A stretch of DNA of 64,000 bases, from the NCBI RefSeq assembly GCF_044704955.1, contig NC_091995.1, positions 4,278,001 to 4,342,000 of the forward strand, in the 5' to 3' direction. Origin of the DNA: Pristiophorus japonicus. Taxonomy: Eukaryota. A model generated the notes under the pieces. It made no database searches. It saw nothing but the letters and a program-made list of their open reading frames with translations, and had not been told where the DNA came from. Below, in pieces: positions 63,353 through 64,000 of this stretch. Position numbers and translations under genes: made by a program. Positions within the stretch are counted from its first letter, which is position 1. Each line of letters starts with the position of its first letter.

Positions 63353-63720
63353 CTGAGGGGGCTCGACAAGGTAGATGCAGAGAGGATGTTTCAACTCGTG
63401 GGCGAATCTAGAACTAGAGGGTGTAGTTTCAGAATAAGGGGCCGTGCATTTAAAACGGAGATAGGAGGAATTTCTTCTCTCAGAAGGTCGTGTATCTGTG
63501 GAATTCTCTGCCTCACAAAGCTGTGGAGGCTAGGTCATTGAATATTTAATGTGGAGAAAGACAGATTTTTGAGCGATAAGGGAATAAAGGGTTATTGGGA
63601 GTGGGCAGGGAAGTGGAACTGAGCCCAAGATCCGATCAGCCATGATCTTATTAAATAGTGGAGCGGCTCGAGGGGCCAAATGGCCGACTCCTGCTCCTAT
63701 TTCTTTTGTTCTTATGTTCA
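63353..63720 (+). mobile_element. CR1 3' fragment
   Basis: CR1 3' UTR with TTCTTATG tail. Confidence 0.85.
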
Positions 63721-63726
63721 TTACAG

Positions 63727-63826
63727 GGTAAACAGATCACTGTTGGACTCGGCAGCAGATAGGAAGGTCCGTGGATAGAAGAGGGAACGGGAGCAGCAGC
63801 AGCAACAAAAGATTTCAGCCATCAGA
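63727..63826 (+). pseudogene. Possible degenerate TRIM 96-nt-type exon
   Basis: ttacag|..LLDSAADRKVRG*KREREQQQQQKISAIR|gtgagt resembles SLDSLTEKK...KQKQQISGVR|gt. Confidence 0.35.
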
Positions 63827-64000
63827 GTGAGTGCTCTCTCCGCTGTCTCTCTCGGGCCTGGGTCCCCCCACCCCCGCTCTCGGGCCTGGGTCCCCTCCTC
63901 TCTTGGCCCTGGAAACCCCCCCCCCCTCTCTCGGACCTGGGTCCACCCCTCCTCCCTCGGGCCTGGGTCCACCCTCTCTCGGGCCTGCGTAGAGGCCCAA

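Noticed and set aside
62151-63394. Gly-rich minus-strand ORFs around PFDN6 exon 1
   Set aside because: G-rich low-complexity sequence. Only the 64-nt segment 62756-62819 matches a known protein.

Overview
Repeat-dense vertebrate genomic DNA. The CR1/L2/RTE/Tx1 LINEs, Deu-type SINEs and TRIM exon layout suggest a cartilaginous fish (inference). Most of the window is retroelement. Host genes were assembled by hand from exons the ORF track largely misses. (1) An intact 4-coding-exon prefoldin subunit 6 gene (PFDN6, minus strand, 53069-62819, 126 aa) needs a GC-AG first intron. (2) A CpG-island promoter and first coding exon (16298-16367, minus) resemble ATF6B/CREBL1. (3) Around and between them lie at least five pseudogenised or fragmentary RING-B-box-coiled-coil-PRY/SPRY TRIM copies of two lineages, arranged by direct and inverted segmental duplication. 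PFDN6, ATF6B and B30.2 TRIMs are all MHC-region genes in mammals, so this is probably part of a cartilaginous-fish MHC with an unusual gene order. The window also holds a truncated Gypsy element with LTR and PBS, Tx1 and hAT-like insertions with empty sites in the paralogous block, a tRNA-headed ORF1-less LINE, and several minisatellites. There is no CRISPR array or prokaryotic-type system. All identifications are by eye, without database searches, and TE boundaries are approximate.
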